DNA from: an uncultured Alistipes sp.
GTDB taxonomy: Bacteria; Bacteroidota; Bacteroidia; Bacteroidales; Rikenellaceae
NCBI GenBank assembly: GCA_949283215.1
Contig: CASDSC010000076.1
Coordinates: 1 to 37,672, forward strand
Direction of reading: 5' to 3'
DNA: 37,672 nt
The translations under genes and the position numbers were made by a program. The first letter of the stretch is position 1; every line of letters starts with the position of its first letter. Shown here one piece after another: positions 1-9,454 of the stretch. The notes under the pieces were generated by a model that was not told where the DNA came from, made no database searches, and was given only the letters and a program-made list of their open reading frames with translations.

Positions 1-156
1 AAAGTAGGGATAGTGGGCCGACAATTCCGAAATCTGGGTCTGCATCGCTCCAATGGAGACAGGTTCCGTATCGAAAGTTATTACGCTATGTGCAATATAT
101 TCGTTGTAGATGGCTGCAATGGCTACGGCATCGCTCGGTTCGGCCCGTCTGATCAT
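1..156 (-). CDS. GNAT-family N-acetyltransferase (PAT/YncA-like), N-terminal 52 codons only; the gene runs off the left window edge
   Basis: Absent from the ORF track because it has no stop in the window. The reverse complement of 1-156 starts at ATG (complement of 154-156). It reads MIRRAEPSDAVAIAAIYNEYIAHSVITFDTEPVSIGAMQTQISELSAHYPYF and stays open to the edge. This is a typical opening for phosphinothricin/methionine-sulfoximine-type GNAT acetyltransferases. The + strand ORF 13..204 is its antisense shadow. Confidence 0.7.
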   Translation of the reverse strand, partial: MIRRAEPSDAVAIAAIYNEYIAHSVITFDTEPVSIGAMQTQISELSAHYPYF

Positions 157-434
157 AAGTGTAAGTTTTGTGAGAAATATCAGGTGTTAAAGGCAAAATG
201 GTAGATTGATTGGCCTCCGTAAGCGGCAATCTGTGGATAAAAGAACGAGGGTTTGTCTCGGATATCGTATAATACCGTGGCCATGATATACAGAAACGGT
301 CTGTGATACAGGCGGATTATGAACTTCCCTCTCTCGGTGAAATATGCCGGACTTTTTATATGACCCGACCATTTTGTGTGGAGAGTTACTCTTTGGCTGA
401 ACGGATGATAAACTTTGGATGGGATGCTCGGAAG

Positions 435-1463
435 TTAGCGGCCCTCTCTCTTTTGTCGCGGAATCCCTAACCCTGCCAGGTATTGTTCAAAATCCTGTTG
501 TAGTTTCCGGTACAGAAAACAATCCTTGTAATTCTCATTGTCCAGCAAAATCTCTCGCACGTTACGTATAGTATTGTTGTAATTGCTTAATTCGTTCCGC
601 AGTACAACCCCCCGCTGTGAACTCGCACTTATCTTCTCGTTAGTCATCTGTTTGAGTCGTTCACAGACTGCATGCAACAATACGATCACCACATTGTCCA
701 TCAGTGTGTGTCCCTGCATGAACAGGTACACGTTGTCGGGACGTACCCCTTTGTCTTGAAGCGTGGCCGCAAAGGCACTGATCTCGCGGATCCAACTTTC
801 GTTCGCTCCGCTCAGGTGTGAAAGTCGTTTGTCCACCTGGCGCCGTAACCACTCCAAGGTGTTCTCTCCATTGTTTTCCAGATCGAGGTAATTCAACTTT
901 ACGCTGCTCTTGAAGTCGATCAGAGTAAACGTCAACTCAGAATGTCGCAATGCCGAAAACGCATACCACAGAAACAACGGGTAGATGGCTTGGGAATATT
1001 CCGACATGAATCGTTCGAAATCGAAGATCTCGGCATCGTTTTTGGTCGCTTTTACGCAGACCGTATGCAGCGATGGCGGATAGCAGAGGTAGTTCTCCGT
1101 AGCGTATGCATAGGTGTGGAATACGTAGGGGGACTCACGGATCAAGCGCGACTGTTCGGTCGCTCCGTCGAACAGATAGTCGAAATCGCTATCAATGCAC
1201 AACAGCAGGTCTGGACTACTTTCGGGTACCATGCCGAGGATTACTTTCTTCCCTTTGGCCAGGTCTGCACGTGGTGGAACGCTGATCTCGAAACGGAGTG
1301 TGTCCGTTTCATAGTCGTCGAGAATGCATCGCCAAAAGGCTACGTCTTCATAGCCTTCGACGTAGACTTGTACCGTGCGGCAACCGGGACGTATAATACG
1401 TGGTGTTGATAGTGCCCGTGTTGACGCTTCGGCTTCAAGACGGTATTTCTGTTTTTTCTTCAT
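435..1463 (-). CDS. DUF4435-like Toprim domain protein (OLD-family / PARIS AriB-like), stand-alone
   Basis: 342-aa ORF. Its ordered motifs are VQVYVEGYEDVAFW (Toprim Glu in a VEG context), GKKVILG, LLLCIDSDFDYL (Toprim DxD) and HTYAYATENYL. This matches my recollection of the DUF4435 (PF14491) pattern. No Walker A motif is present in this ORF or in its flanks. Confidence 0.7.
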   Translation of the reverse strand: MKKKQKYRLEAEASTRALSTPRIIRPGCRTVQVYVEGYEDVAFWRCILDDYETDTLRFEISVPPRADLAKGKKVILGMVPESSPDLLLCIDSDFDYLFDGATEQSRLIRESPYVFHTYAYATENYLCYPPSLHTVCVKATKNDAEIFDFERFMSEYSQAIYPLFLWYAFSALRHSELTFTLIDFKSSVKLNYLDLENNGENTLEWLRRQVDKRLSHLSGANESWIREISAFAATLQDKGVRPDNVYLFMQGHTLMDNVVIVLLHAVCERLKQMTNEKISASSQRGVVLRNELSNYNNTIRNVREILLDNENYKDCFLYRKLQQDFEQYLAGLGIPRQKREGR

Positions 1464-1818
1464 ATGTGTGAAACGAAGATAACGATTTTATCCTGGAAAA
1501 GTCAATATCGAAGCAGAAAAACGAGCGATTGACCCGAAAGTGAAAATTTGTTGGGGACCATAGGACGGAATATCAGACGTGTCGCGGATAAAGCAATTAG
1601 TTGGAAACGATAGCCGATGCTTTGTATTCGGAAAGCAGAACGATGAAATGCGCTATATTGGCTGCGATCGGAACCAGAATCGTCATGATCCGGAAAGTTC
1701 GATAGGGGTGATATGTGAGGGATAATTGCGACAGTTGGTGGATATGAAATTTTTAATGAATTGCGATCCAATAACTGTCCCGCCGGACGGTAAACGAAAA
1801 CAGATCATCAAAAATTGT

Positions 1819-1826
1819 TACATTTG
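1819..1826 (+). promoter_or_regulatory. Bacteroidetes-type -7 box (TAnnTTTG) upstream of yciH
   Basis: TACATTTG at 1819-1826, 66 nt before ATG 1892. No good -33 TTTG. Confidence 0.5.
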
Positions 1827-1891
1827 CAAACGACGAGTTATCGGTGTGTACCAAAATGCAATGCCGGGCTCACAGCAATATTTCGAATCCC

Positions 1892-2239
1892 ATGAGCAAT
1901 AACGACTGGAAAGCACGACTCAATATCGTCTATTCGACAAATCCTGATTTCGACTACCAGACCGAAACAGATGTACAACCGGATACTCTTCCTCCGAGTC
2001 AACAGGAACTCCGTGTATGGCTCGACCGGAAACAGCGGGCGGGAAAAACTGTGACTCTCGTGAAAGGATTTGTTGGCTGTGAGAGCGATCTCAAAGAACT
2101 CGCCAGTATGCTCAAAAATAAATGCGGTGTCGGCGGATCGGCGAAAGAGGGGGAAATTCTCATTCAAGGGGATTTCCGGGACCGCATTGTCGAGATCCTG
2201 TGCAAGGCTGGTTATAAAGCAAAAAAAGCAGGAGCATGA
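1892..2239 (+). CDS. yciH: SUI1/eIF1-like translation initiation factor YciH
   Basis: RKQRAGKTVTLVKGF...LKELASMLKNKCGVGGSAKEGEILIQGDFRDRIVEIL..GYKAKKAG resembles E. coli YciH and the SUI1 family. The track ORF starts at GTG 1844. ATG 1892 (MSNNDWKARLNIVYST) gives a YciH-like length of 115 aa. The stop overlaps the next start (ATGA at 2236-2239). Confidence 0.9.
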   Translation: MSNNDWKARLNIVYSTNPDFDYQTETDVQPDTLPPSQQELRVWLDRKQRAGKTVTLVKGFVGCESDLKELASMLKNKCGVGGSAKEGEILIQGDFRDRIVEILCKAGYKAKKAGA

Positions 2240-5067
2240 CTTTTAAGCGTCTTGCATTCATTATCGTGGTTTGTGCGGTTCTGTGCCCCGGCGGTGAACT
2301 GTATGCACAATATTACGACCAAGGACGTTCGCCATCTTCGATCCGTTGGCGATCAATCAAGACTGAATATAACAAACTCGTTTTCCCGGAATATTTTGAA
2401 AACAACGCCCTCAAGGCGATGCGTTATCTCGATACACTGAGGCCCCATATCAGTTTCGGCTTCCCGAGGGGCCCGCTCCGTACCCCCGTCGTCCTGCAGA
2501 CTCAGAACCTCCAGTCGAACGGTTTGATGATGCTGGCACCCAAACGTATGGAACTAATTGTCGCCCCAAGTTTGCAGATCGAAGCCTCCCCCTGGCTCAA
2601 ACAACTTGCCGCCCATGAATATCGACATGCCGTACAGTACAACGCCGTTAACCGCGGGACAATCAAGGTGCTCAGTTGGATCTTAGGCCAGCAGGGATTG
2701 CTTGTCGGGGTCGGACTCATGCCCCTGTGGATGATCGAAGGGGATGCTACCCTGGCCGAAACCCAAATGACTTCTTTCGGTCGTGCCCTGCAGCCCTCCT
2801 TTACACTCGAATACCGGGCTTATCTCGACGGTGACGCAAAATTGTTCAAAGAAGATAAGTGGTTCTGCGGATCGTACAAAGATTATATCCCGGACCATTA
2901 CCAACTCGGTTATCAGCTCGTCGCATGGTCTTATCAAAAGTACGGATCCGAGATTTGGGAGCGTGTAGCCCAATATACTGCGAATTATCCCTTTACGATT
3001 TTCCCTTCGAACATTGCACTGCACAAGTATTACAAGACAACCAGTGGAAAATTGTTCCATGGAGCGTTCGGCGATCTGAGGCGTTTCTGGAACAGTCTGC
3101 CTCAACAACAAAATAGCGGTACTTTGATCGAGATCCCAACGCGCTGTTATACCACATACAAGAATCCGATCCTTGTCCCAGATGGCCGAATCATCGCCCT
3201 GAAAAACGATTTTAACCGTTATTCCCATCTTGTCGTAGTCGATCCAGAAACGCAGGAAGAAAAAACGTTACGCTATACCGGTATTGTCAATACCAGGCCT
3301 GTCCTGGATGACAGTACCCTCTATTGGACCGAATACCGTGCCAGTACGCTGTGGGCACAAAGGGTCAATTCGCAGGTTGTGAGTCTCGACCTCCGGTCCG
3401 GACATATGCGTACTCATCGGCGTCTCCGAACCGCTCTTTACCCCACGCCGATGCCCAACGGCCGGATTGCTACGGTCAACTATCGTTATGACGGCTCCTA
3501 TTTCCTCGATATAGATGGAAAACAACTTGATTTCCCCGATTCGTCGAGTGTACACGGGTTGGCCTATGACGAGAAGACCGCTACACTCGCTTTTATCGGA
3601 CTCAGTGAAGCCGGAATGTGGTTCGGTGCGATCGATCCTGAAAACGGAAAGGTGCGTACGATCACCGAACCGTCGCGGGTGACGGTATACAATCTGCGGG
3701 CCGGTGAGGGAAAACTCTATTTCAATTCGATCCAATCGGGACGCGACGAAATCCATATGTTCGATCTCCTTGAAAACAGGGAATACCGTATCTCGACCTC
3801 GCGATACGGTTCGGTCGCTCCGTCTGTCGCGGTCAACGATACGATCGCTTTCACGACCTATACACGTGACGGATACCGTTTAGCCCGTCAAGCTGTGGAT
3901 ACTGCCCGGAGGATGCCCGTCGCATGGAGCCGTTTGCCCAAAAATGTAGTGAACCCTCCGAGAACACAGTGGTATCATTTCAATATCGACTCGATCGTTG
4001 TTGCCGATCGCCCGGATGGGGTGCGGATCAGAAAATACCGAAAAGGTCTGAATCAGGTCAATGTGCACAGTTGGATGCCAGTGAGTTTCAATCCATTCAG
4101 TATTCGTGGAGAGCAGGCTGTAAACCTCAATTGGGGAGCGACGGTCATGTCGCAGAACCTGCTCAGCAGTACGACCGCTTACGCCAATTATGCCTATACC
4201 GAACGGGGCCATCTCGGCCGCGTCGCAATCCAATATAACGACTGGGCACCCAAAATTGAACTCAGTGCCGAACTCGGAGGAGGTACGCAACTCGTGTACG
4301 GTTACAATCGGGATATCCCGCTGACCGGTGAACGAAAAACCTATTTCAACGTAAACGGTCTCATCTATCTCCCGCTGACCCTCGCTTCGGGCTATCATAC
4401 ACGAACATTGATCCCGCAAGTGCATATCAGTCACTACAATGCCCGGGTACTCGACCTCGATAAAAAACGGTATGTGTCGGGTCTGCAAGAGATGATTGCC
4501 GCCGTGCAGTATACTGAAAATGTCAGAATGGCTACACGCGATTTCTTGCCCCGTTGGGGCTATTATCTTAAGGCTATCTCTGTATCGGCACCATTCAGTG
4601 GCCTTTTCGGTGCGATCTGGGGCGGTGCGGCACGCATGTATCTCCCGGGAATCGGCCCGCAACATCGAATTACCTTGAGAGGCGCGTTCCAATATCAGAC
4701 CGACGGCCAACAGCATTTGCGATACAAGGATGTTTTCCCGAGAGGGGCCGAATATGCTTTCGCCGCACAGCGTTACGGCGCCTTCTCGGTCGATTATCAA
4801 CTCCCGGTATGGTGTCCCGACGGTGGTTGGACCGGGGTGATCTATTTCAAACGGATTCGTACCAACTTCTATTTCGATTATGCCCGTTACCGCCGGTTCG
4901 ACGGACGGGGACATGTCGCACTCAATTCGTACGGTGGGTCCATTATCCTCGAAGTCAATCCGTTTAAATTGCCAGACGCTTCGACGGTTACATTGACCTT
5001 TTCGGTCTATAAGCCCAGCGATCGGGCCGGTTGTGTGTTCGATGCCGGATTTGCCGTGCCTTTCTAA
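2236..5067 (+). CDS. Secreted or outer-membrane protein: N-terminal HExxH gluzincin-like domain, PD40/TolB-like beta-propeller region, C-terminal putative beta-barrel
   Basis: 943-aa ORF with signal peptide MTFKRLAFIIVVCAVLCPGGELYAQ. HEYRH is followed 37 residues later by WMIEGDATLAE. The middle region has propeller-like repeats. The last ~380 aa are beta-strand-like and end in FAVPF, an aromatic C-terminus like outer-membrane barrels. The domain calls are by eye only. Confidence 0.6.
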   Translation: MTFKRLAFIIVVCAVLCPGGELYAQYYDQGRSPSSIRWRSIKTEYNKLVFPEYFENNALKAMRYLDTLRPHISFGFPRGPLRTPVVLQTQNLQSNGLMMLAPKRMELIVAPSLQIEASPWLKQLAAHEYRHAVQYNAVNRGTIKVLSWILGQQGLLVGVGLMPLWMIEGDATLAETQMTSFGRALQPSFTLEYRAYLDGDAKLFKEDKWFCGSYKDYIPDHYQLGYQLVAWSYQKYGSEIWERVAQYTANYPFTIFPSNIALHKYYKTTSGKLFHGAFGDLRRFWNSLPQQQNSGTLIEIPTRCYTTYKNPILVPDGRIIALKNDFNRYSHLVVVDPETQEEKTLRYTGIVNTRPVLDDSTLYWTEYRASTLWAQRVNSQVVSLDLRSGHMRTHRRLRTALYPTPMPNGRIATVNYRYDGSYFLDIDGKQLDFPDSSSVHGLAYDEKTATLAFIGLSEAGMWFGAIDPENGKVRTITEPSRVTVYNLRAGEGKLYFNSIQSGRDEIHMFDLLENREYRISTSRYGSVAPSVAVNDTIAFTTYTRDGYRLARQAVDTARRMPVAWSRLPKNVVNPPRTQWYHFNIDSIVVADRPDGVRIRKYRKGLNQVNVHSWMPVSFNPFSIRGEQAVNLNWGATVMSQNLLSSTTAYANYAYTERGHLGRVAIQYNDWAPKIELSAELGGGTQLVYGYNRDIPLTGERKTYFNVNGLIYLPLTLASGYHTRTLIPQVHISHYNARVLDLDKKRYVSGLQEMIAAVQYTENVRMATRDFLPRWGYYLKAISVSAPFSGLFGAIWGGAARMYLPGIGPQHRITLRGAFQYQTDGQQHLRYKDVFPRGAEYAFAAQRYGAFSVDYQLPVWCPDGGWTGVIYFKRIRTNFYFDYARYRRFDGRGHVALNSYGGSIILEVNPFKLPDASTVTLTFSVYKPSDRAGCVFDAGFAVPF

Positions 5068-5202
5068 TTGGCAGGATCCGGATTGCTTGCAAACAATGTA
5101 CTAAGCGACCCCGACGACCGTTTATTCCTTAAATGCCGATTGAATATGCCGATATCTCTCCGATTTGACGCATCGACAATACGGCTTTCAAAATAAATAT
5201 CG

Positions 5203-5210
5203 TACATTTG
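5203..5210 (+). promoter_or_regulatory. Bacteroidetes-type -7 box upstream of the PBP1A gene
   Basis: TACATTTG at 5203-5210, 22 nt before ATG 5232. Confidence 0.5.
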
Positions 5211-5231
5211 CGGAAGAATTGAGCAATACCG

Positions 5232-7598
5232 ATGAAAAGCAAACTCGTTAAAAAACTCGAAACACCTAAGGCGGTCAAATGGTTCTGGATCATCGTAACA
5301 GCCCCTTTTGCCCTCCTCCTTTTTATGTTGCTGCTCACCGGTTTGGGCTTGTTTGGAAGACTCCCTTCATTCGAAGAACTCGAAAATCCTAAAAGCAATA
5401 TCGCAACCGAAATTTACTCGGCTGACGGCGAAATGATCGGTAGTTATTTTATCCAAAACCGATCCTATGTCGATTATGACGAACTCTCTCCCAATTTGGT
5501 CGCCGCTCTCGTCGCTACCGAAGATATTCGCTTCTATTCACACTCGGGAATCGATTTTATCTCCTTGGCGCGTGTCGCCCTCAAAACCCTTGCTCTCGGA
5601 AATAGAAGCCAGGGCGGTGGTAGTACCATCACCCAACAGTTGGCCAAAAACCTGTTCCCGCGGGATACGGCCATCTATTCGAATCCCATTTCACGGAATA
5701 CCAAGTTGGTGATTGCAAAATTCAAGGAGTGGATTACGGCCGTCAAACTTGAATACAACTATACAAAAGAGGAGATCATCACGATGTATTTCAACATCGT
5801 GCCGTATGGTAGTAATGCATTCGGAATCAAGTCGGCGGCCCGTACTTTCTTCAACAAAACTCCGGCTGAACTTTCCGTCGAAGAGGCAGCTATGCTCGTC
5901 GGTGTGGTTAATGCCCCGACCAGGTACAGCCCAAAACGTAATCCTGATAATGCACTCCGCAGGCGCAACACCGTGCTCGAAAGAATGTACAGAAGCGGTT
6001 TTATTGACAAGGTTACCTATGATTCCGCATCTATGCGCCCCATTGTGCTCGATTATCATCCGGTTTCGCACAACGAAGGTAATGCCACCTATTTCCGCGA
6101 GATGATCAAACTGGTCATGAATGCCCAACGGCCTAAAAGATCGAGTTACAATAACGATTGGGATTATGAGCAGGAACTCGCTCGCTGGGAGAATAACCCA
6201 ATTTACGGCTGGTGTCAAAAAAATACCAAGGCTGACGGTACCCCATACAATCTGTTCCGTGACGGACTGAAGATTTATACTACGTTGGATGCCACCATGC
6301 AGCGCTATGCCGAAGAGGCGGTTACCTCGCATATGAGCAAAACCGTACAACGCCAGATGGATCGTCAGGTCAAACAGTACAAGCGGCTCTATTACGATGC
6401 CGATAAAGAGACGGTCGAACGGTCGATCCGGAATGCTATGCGCTATTCGGACCGTTACAGAAATCTCCAGCAGCAGGGCCTATCGGAAGAGGCTATTCGT
6501 AAAAATTTCGATGTGCCTGTGAAAATGAGAGTATTCGGATATAAGGGCGATATCGATACCGTCATGTCGCCTCGAGATTCGATCCTCTATCACAAGCAGA
6601 TCATGCGCGCTTCGTTCATGGCAATGGACCCCATGACAGGGTATGTCAAAGCGTATGTCGGAGGCCCGAGTTTCCGTTATTTCAAATACGATATGGTCAA
6701 ACAGGGTAAACGTCAGGTCGGTTCGACGATCAAACCGTTTATCTATACCTTTGCAATCGATCAGCTCGGTCTTACTCCTTGTACTGAGGTCCCGAATCTC
6801 CCCGTGACGATCGAGTCCTATTCGGATGACGCTTGGAGCCCCAAAGAGGCCGGTAAGGTCGAATACGACGGCGTGATGCATCCCCTCAAGTGGGGTCTCG
6901 CAAGAAGCCGGAACAACTACTCCGCTTGGATCATGAAGCAGGCTCGGCAACCTCAAGCCGTCGCCGATTTTATCCACCGGTTCGGAATCCTGAGCTACAT
7001 CGACCCTGTATATGCACTGTGTCTCGGAACGCCCGATTTCAGCCTCTTTGAAATGGTCGGCGCTTATGGTACTTTTGTCAACCGAGGCGTCCATACCGAA
7101 CCGATATTCGTTACCCGGATCGAAGACCGGCAAGGAAATGTGCTGGCTACATTCACCCCAAAAACAACCGATGTGATCAGCGAGCAAACGGCCTATACGA
7201 TGATCGGTATGTTGCAGAATGTCGTGACTTCGGGTACCGGCGGAAGACTCCGCTGGATGTATGGATTCGATGGCGAGATGGGTGGTAAAACCGGTACCTC
7301 CCAGAAAAATGTCGACGCTTGGTTTATGGGTGTTACGCCCAAACTCGTGGCCGGTGCATGGGTCGGAGGTGAGGATCCTGGGATTCGATTGCTGTCGAAT
7401 GGCGAAGGATCGGCTGTCGCGCTCCCTATTTTCGGCGAATTTATGAAACGGGTTTATGCCGACCCGAAGCTCGGAATCAAAAAAAGCGATCTGTTCCCGA
7501 GACCGGCCGGGGCTGTCAATTATGACTGTGAAGAAACCAATAACGATGCGGCAACTCCCGCCGTGTCATACGACGACTACGATGAATTTTTCTATTAA
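5232..7598 (+). CDS. mrcA: Bifunctional class A penicillin-binding protein 1A (glycosyltransferase GT51 + transpeptidase)
   Basis: N-terminal TM helix. GT51 motifs EDIRFYSHSGID and GGSTITQQLAKN. Transpeptidase motifs STIKPF (SxxK), SRN (SxN) and KTGTS (KTG). Confidence 0.95.
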   Translation: MKSKLVKKLETPKAVKWFWIIVTAPFALLLFMLLLTGLGLFGRLPSFEELENPKSNIATEIYSADGEMIGSYFIQNRSYVDYDELSPNLVAALVATEDIRFYSHSGIDFISLARVALKTLALGNRSQGGGSTITQQLAKNLFPRDTAIYSNPISRNTKLVIAKFKEWITAVKLEYNYTKEEIITMYFNIVPYGSNAFGIKSAARTFFNKTPAELSVEEAAMLVGVVNAPTRYSPKRNPDNALRRRNTVLERMYRSGFIDKVTYDSASMRPIVLDYHPVSHNEGNATYFREMIKLVMNAQRPKRSSYNNDWDYEQELARWENNPIYGWCQKNTKADGTPYNLFRDGLKIYTTLDATMQRYAEEAVTSHMSKTVQRQMDRQVKQYKRLYYDADKETVERSIRNAMRYSDRYRNLQQQGLSEEAIRKNFDVPVKMRVFGYKGDIDTVMSPRDSILYHKQIMRASFMAMDPMTGYVKAYVGGPSFRYFKYDMVKQGKRQVGSTIKPFIYTFAIDQLGLTPCTEVPNLPVTIESYSDDAWSPKEAGKVEYDGVMHPLKWGLARSRNNYSAWIMKQARQPQAVADFIHRFGILSYIDPVYALCLGTPDFSLFEMVGAYGTFVNRGVHTEPIFVTRIEDRQGNVLATFTPKTTDVISEQTAYTMIGMLQNVVTSGTGGRLRWMYGFDGEMGGKTGTSQKNVDAWFMGVTPKLVAGAWVGGEDPGIRLLSNGEGSAVALPIFGEFMKRVYADPKLGIKKSDLFPRPAGAVNYDCEETNNDAATPAVSYDDYDEFFY

Positions 7599-7679
7599 TA
7601 ATACCAGGAACGATATGGACGGTGTCCTGATCGATAATTCCGGTTTTGTAATGTTGACTCAATTTAATTCATACACGAA

Positions 7680-8690
7680 ATGAAAATAGCCATTGTGGGC
7701 GCCAGCGGCGCCGTCGGTCAGGAATTCCTGCGTGTACTCGAAGAACGTGATTTCTCGGTAGATGAACTGTTGCTGTTCGGTTCGGAACGTAGTGCCGGCC
7801 GTAAATACAAATTCCACGGTAAGGAGATCACCGTGAAACTGTTGCAGCACAACGACGATTTCAAAGGTGTCGATATTGCCTTTACGTCGGCTGGGGCCGG
7901 AACCTCCAAAGAGTTTGCCGAAACGATTACCAAACACGGCGCGATCATGATCGATAACTCGAGTGCCTTCCGAATGGATCCGGATGTACCCCTGGTTGTC
8001 CCTGAAGTCAATGCCAAGGATGCCGTGAATCCCCCGAGAGGAATCATTGCCAACCCGAACTGTACGACGATTCAGATGGTCGTAGCGTTACAGGCTATCG
8101 AAAATATCACACACATCAAGCGTGTACACGTCGCTACTTATCAGGCTGCCAGCGGCGCCGGGGCTGCGGCGATGGCCGAACTCGAAACTCAGTATGCTCA
8201 GATCGGTCGCGGTGAAAAACCTACCGTCGAGAAATTCGTCTATCAGCTCGCTTACAACGTGATCCCGCAAGTCGATGTGTTTACCGAAAACGGGTACACG
8301 AAAGAGGAGATGAAAATGTATAATGAAACACGTAAGATCATGCATTCCGATATCGAAGTCAGTGCAATGTGTGTACGTGTGCCGGTTATGCGGGCCCATT
8401 CGGAAAGCATATGGATTGAAACCGAACGTCCTGTCAGCGTCGAAGAGGCTCACAAGGCATTTTGTTCTGCAGAGGGCGTCGTGCTGATGGATGATCCCGA
8501 AAAGAAACGATATCCGATGCCGTTGTTCCTGGCGGGTGAGGATCCCGTGTATGTCGGTCGGATCCGTAAGGACCTGTCGAATCCCAATGGCCTCGCTTTC
8601 TGGTGTGTGAGTGACCAGATCAAAAAGGGTGCAGCACTCAATGCCGTGCAGATCGCAGAATATCTGATCCGGAACGGTCATATCAAATAG
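7680..8690 (+). CDS. asd: Aspartate-semialdehyde dehydrogenase
   Basis: [16 protein letters not shown] Rossmann N-terminus, active-site NPNCTTIQM, and a 336-aa length typical of Asd. Confidence 0.95.
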   Translation: MKIAIVGASGAVGQEFLRVLEERDFSVDELLLFGSERSAGRKYKFHGKEITVKLLQHNDDFKGVDIAFTSAGAGTSKEFAETITKHGAIMIDNSSAFRMDPDVPLVVPEVNAKDAVNPPRGIIANPNCTTIQMVVALQAIENITHIKRVHVATYQAASGAGAAAMAELETQYAQIGRGEKPTVEKFVYQLAYNVIPQVDVFTENGYTKEEMKMYNETRKIMHSDIEVSAMCVRVPVMRAHSESIWIETERPVSVEEAHKAFCSAEGVVLMDDPEKKRYPMPLFLAGEDPVYVGRIRKDLSNPNGLAFWCVSDQIKKGAALNAVQIAEYLIRNGHIK

Positions 8691-8711
8691 AGTATCACAG
8701 CATCATTATAG

Positions 8712-8748
8712 AATGGGACCCTCAGGAATGTGGGTCCCATTTTGTGTC
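8712..8748 (+). terminator. Rho-independent terminator after asd
   Basis: Perfect 10-bp stem AATGGGACCC (8712-8721) / GGGTCCCATT (8732-8741), followed by TTTGTGT. Confidence 0.75.
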
Positions 8749-8988
8749 TGGACTGTACTGGTCAATCGTCGCGTGTATGCTGTCGTGGACCGCGAGGGGT
8801 AGGCGCGCTACATTGAATTGATACGATGATCGGTAATATCCTCGGATTTCAACCATGATAGATCCGACAAAAAATGGACTTTCAGCAAGAGATGTTTGGT
8901 TCGTACGTCTCTTGCGGTCTCAGGCTCAGGTTTGAGAAATGATTAGGTGATTATCGAGGGTTGGCCCCGTGACAGAAAGCGGAATGCG

Positions 8989-9450
8989 TTAGTCCGAGTC
9001 GATCTTTTCGGCGGAGCATGGCAGCCAGTAGACCGTTTCCATGATCTCCTCCGGAGCGAAAAAATGGCTCCACTCCTCCCGGGCATTCGCATCACTATCT
9101 GAAGCGTGGATCGCATTTCGTGTCAGGCTCTCCCCAAATTTTCTGCGGATGGTCCCCTCGGCGGCTTTAGCCGGATCGGTGTTACCCACCAGCTGCCGAA
9201 GGCTCTCCACGGCATTCTCCCGCTCCAGTATCGCGACCACGACCGGCCCTGACGTCATGAAAAGAACCAAACGACGGAAAAAGGGACGGTCTTTGTGTAC
9301 AGCATAAAACCGTTCCGCATCGTTCCGACTTAAGCAAACCATTTTCATCGCACAGAGCCGGAATCCGGCTGTAGCGAGCATGTCCAGAATCTGCCCCGTA
9401 TCGCCGTTGCTCACGGCATTGGGCTTGATGATGGTAAATGTACGGCTCAT
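8989..9450 (-). CDS. ndk: Nucleoside diphosphate kinase
   Basis: The track ORF 8989..9645 is over-extended. The internal ATG (complement of 9448-9450) gives MSRTFTIIKPNAV...NAIHASDS (catalytic His), a classic NDK of 153 aa. The start lies 4 nt after the rluD stop. Confidence 0.93.
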   Translation of the reverse strand: MSRTFTIIKPNAVSNGDTGQILDMLATAGFRLCAMKMVCLSRNDAERFYAVHKDRPFFRRLVLFMTSGPVVVAILERENAVESLRQLVGNTDPAKAAEGTIRRKFGESLTRNAIHASDSDANAREEWSHFFAPEEIMETVYWLPCSAEKIDSD

Positions 9451-9454
9451 CGTT

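Noticed and set aside
13-204. 63-aa plus-strand ORF at the left edge
   Set aside because: The opposite strand encodes a convincing GNAT N-terminus (MIRRAEPSDAVAIAAIYNEY...), so the plus ORF is its shadow.
1502-1771. 89-aa minus-strand ORF in the gap upstream of the DUF4435 gene, considered as a possible partner or antitoxin. The 61-aa ORF at 187-372 was considered the same way.
   Set aside because: Neither has a start context, promoter box or recognisable motif, and the composition looks non-coding. Neither has a Walker motif, so they cannot be the missing ATPase. This is not excluded experimentally.
1882-1890. TTCGAATCC, resembling a tRNA T-loop
   Set aside because: There is no acceptor stem or cloverleaf around it. 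It lies in the yciH leader/N-terminal extension region. I found no tRNA gene anywhere in the window.
3880-4914. 344-aa minus-strand ORF, plus other antisense ORFs at 2683-3228 and 3268-3756
   Set aside because: All are antisense to the 943-aa signal-peptide protein. They have no motifs, no promoter box and no independent support.
5691-7187. Minus-strand ORFs of 219 and 235 aa (5691-6350 and 6480-7187)
   Set aside because: They are antisense shadows inside the PBP1A gene, whose GT51 and transpeptidase motifs establish the true frame.
8749-8988. About 240 nt unexplained between the asd terminator and the ndk stop, including a 7-bp hairpin CAAGAGA...TCTCTTG
   Set aside because: There is no convincing ORF (the longest is about 45 codons without motifs), no U-tract terminator and no promoter box. 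It is probably just a 3' UTR or spacer.
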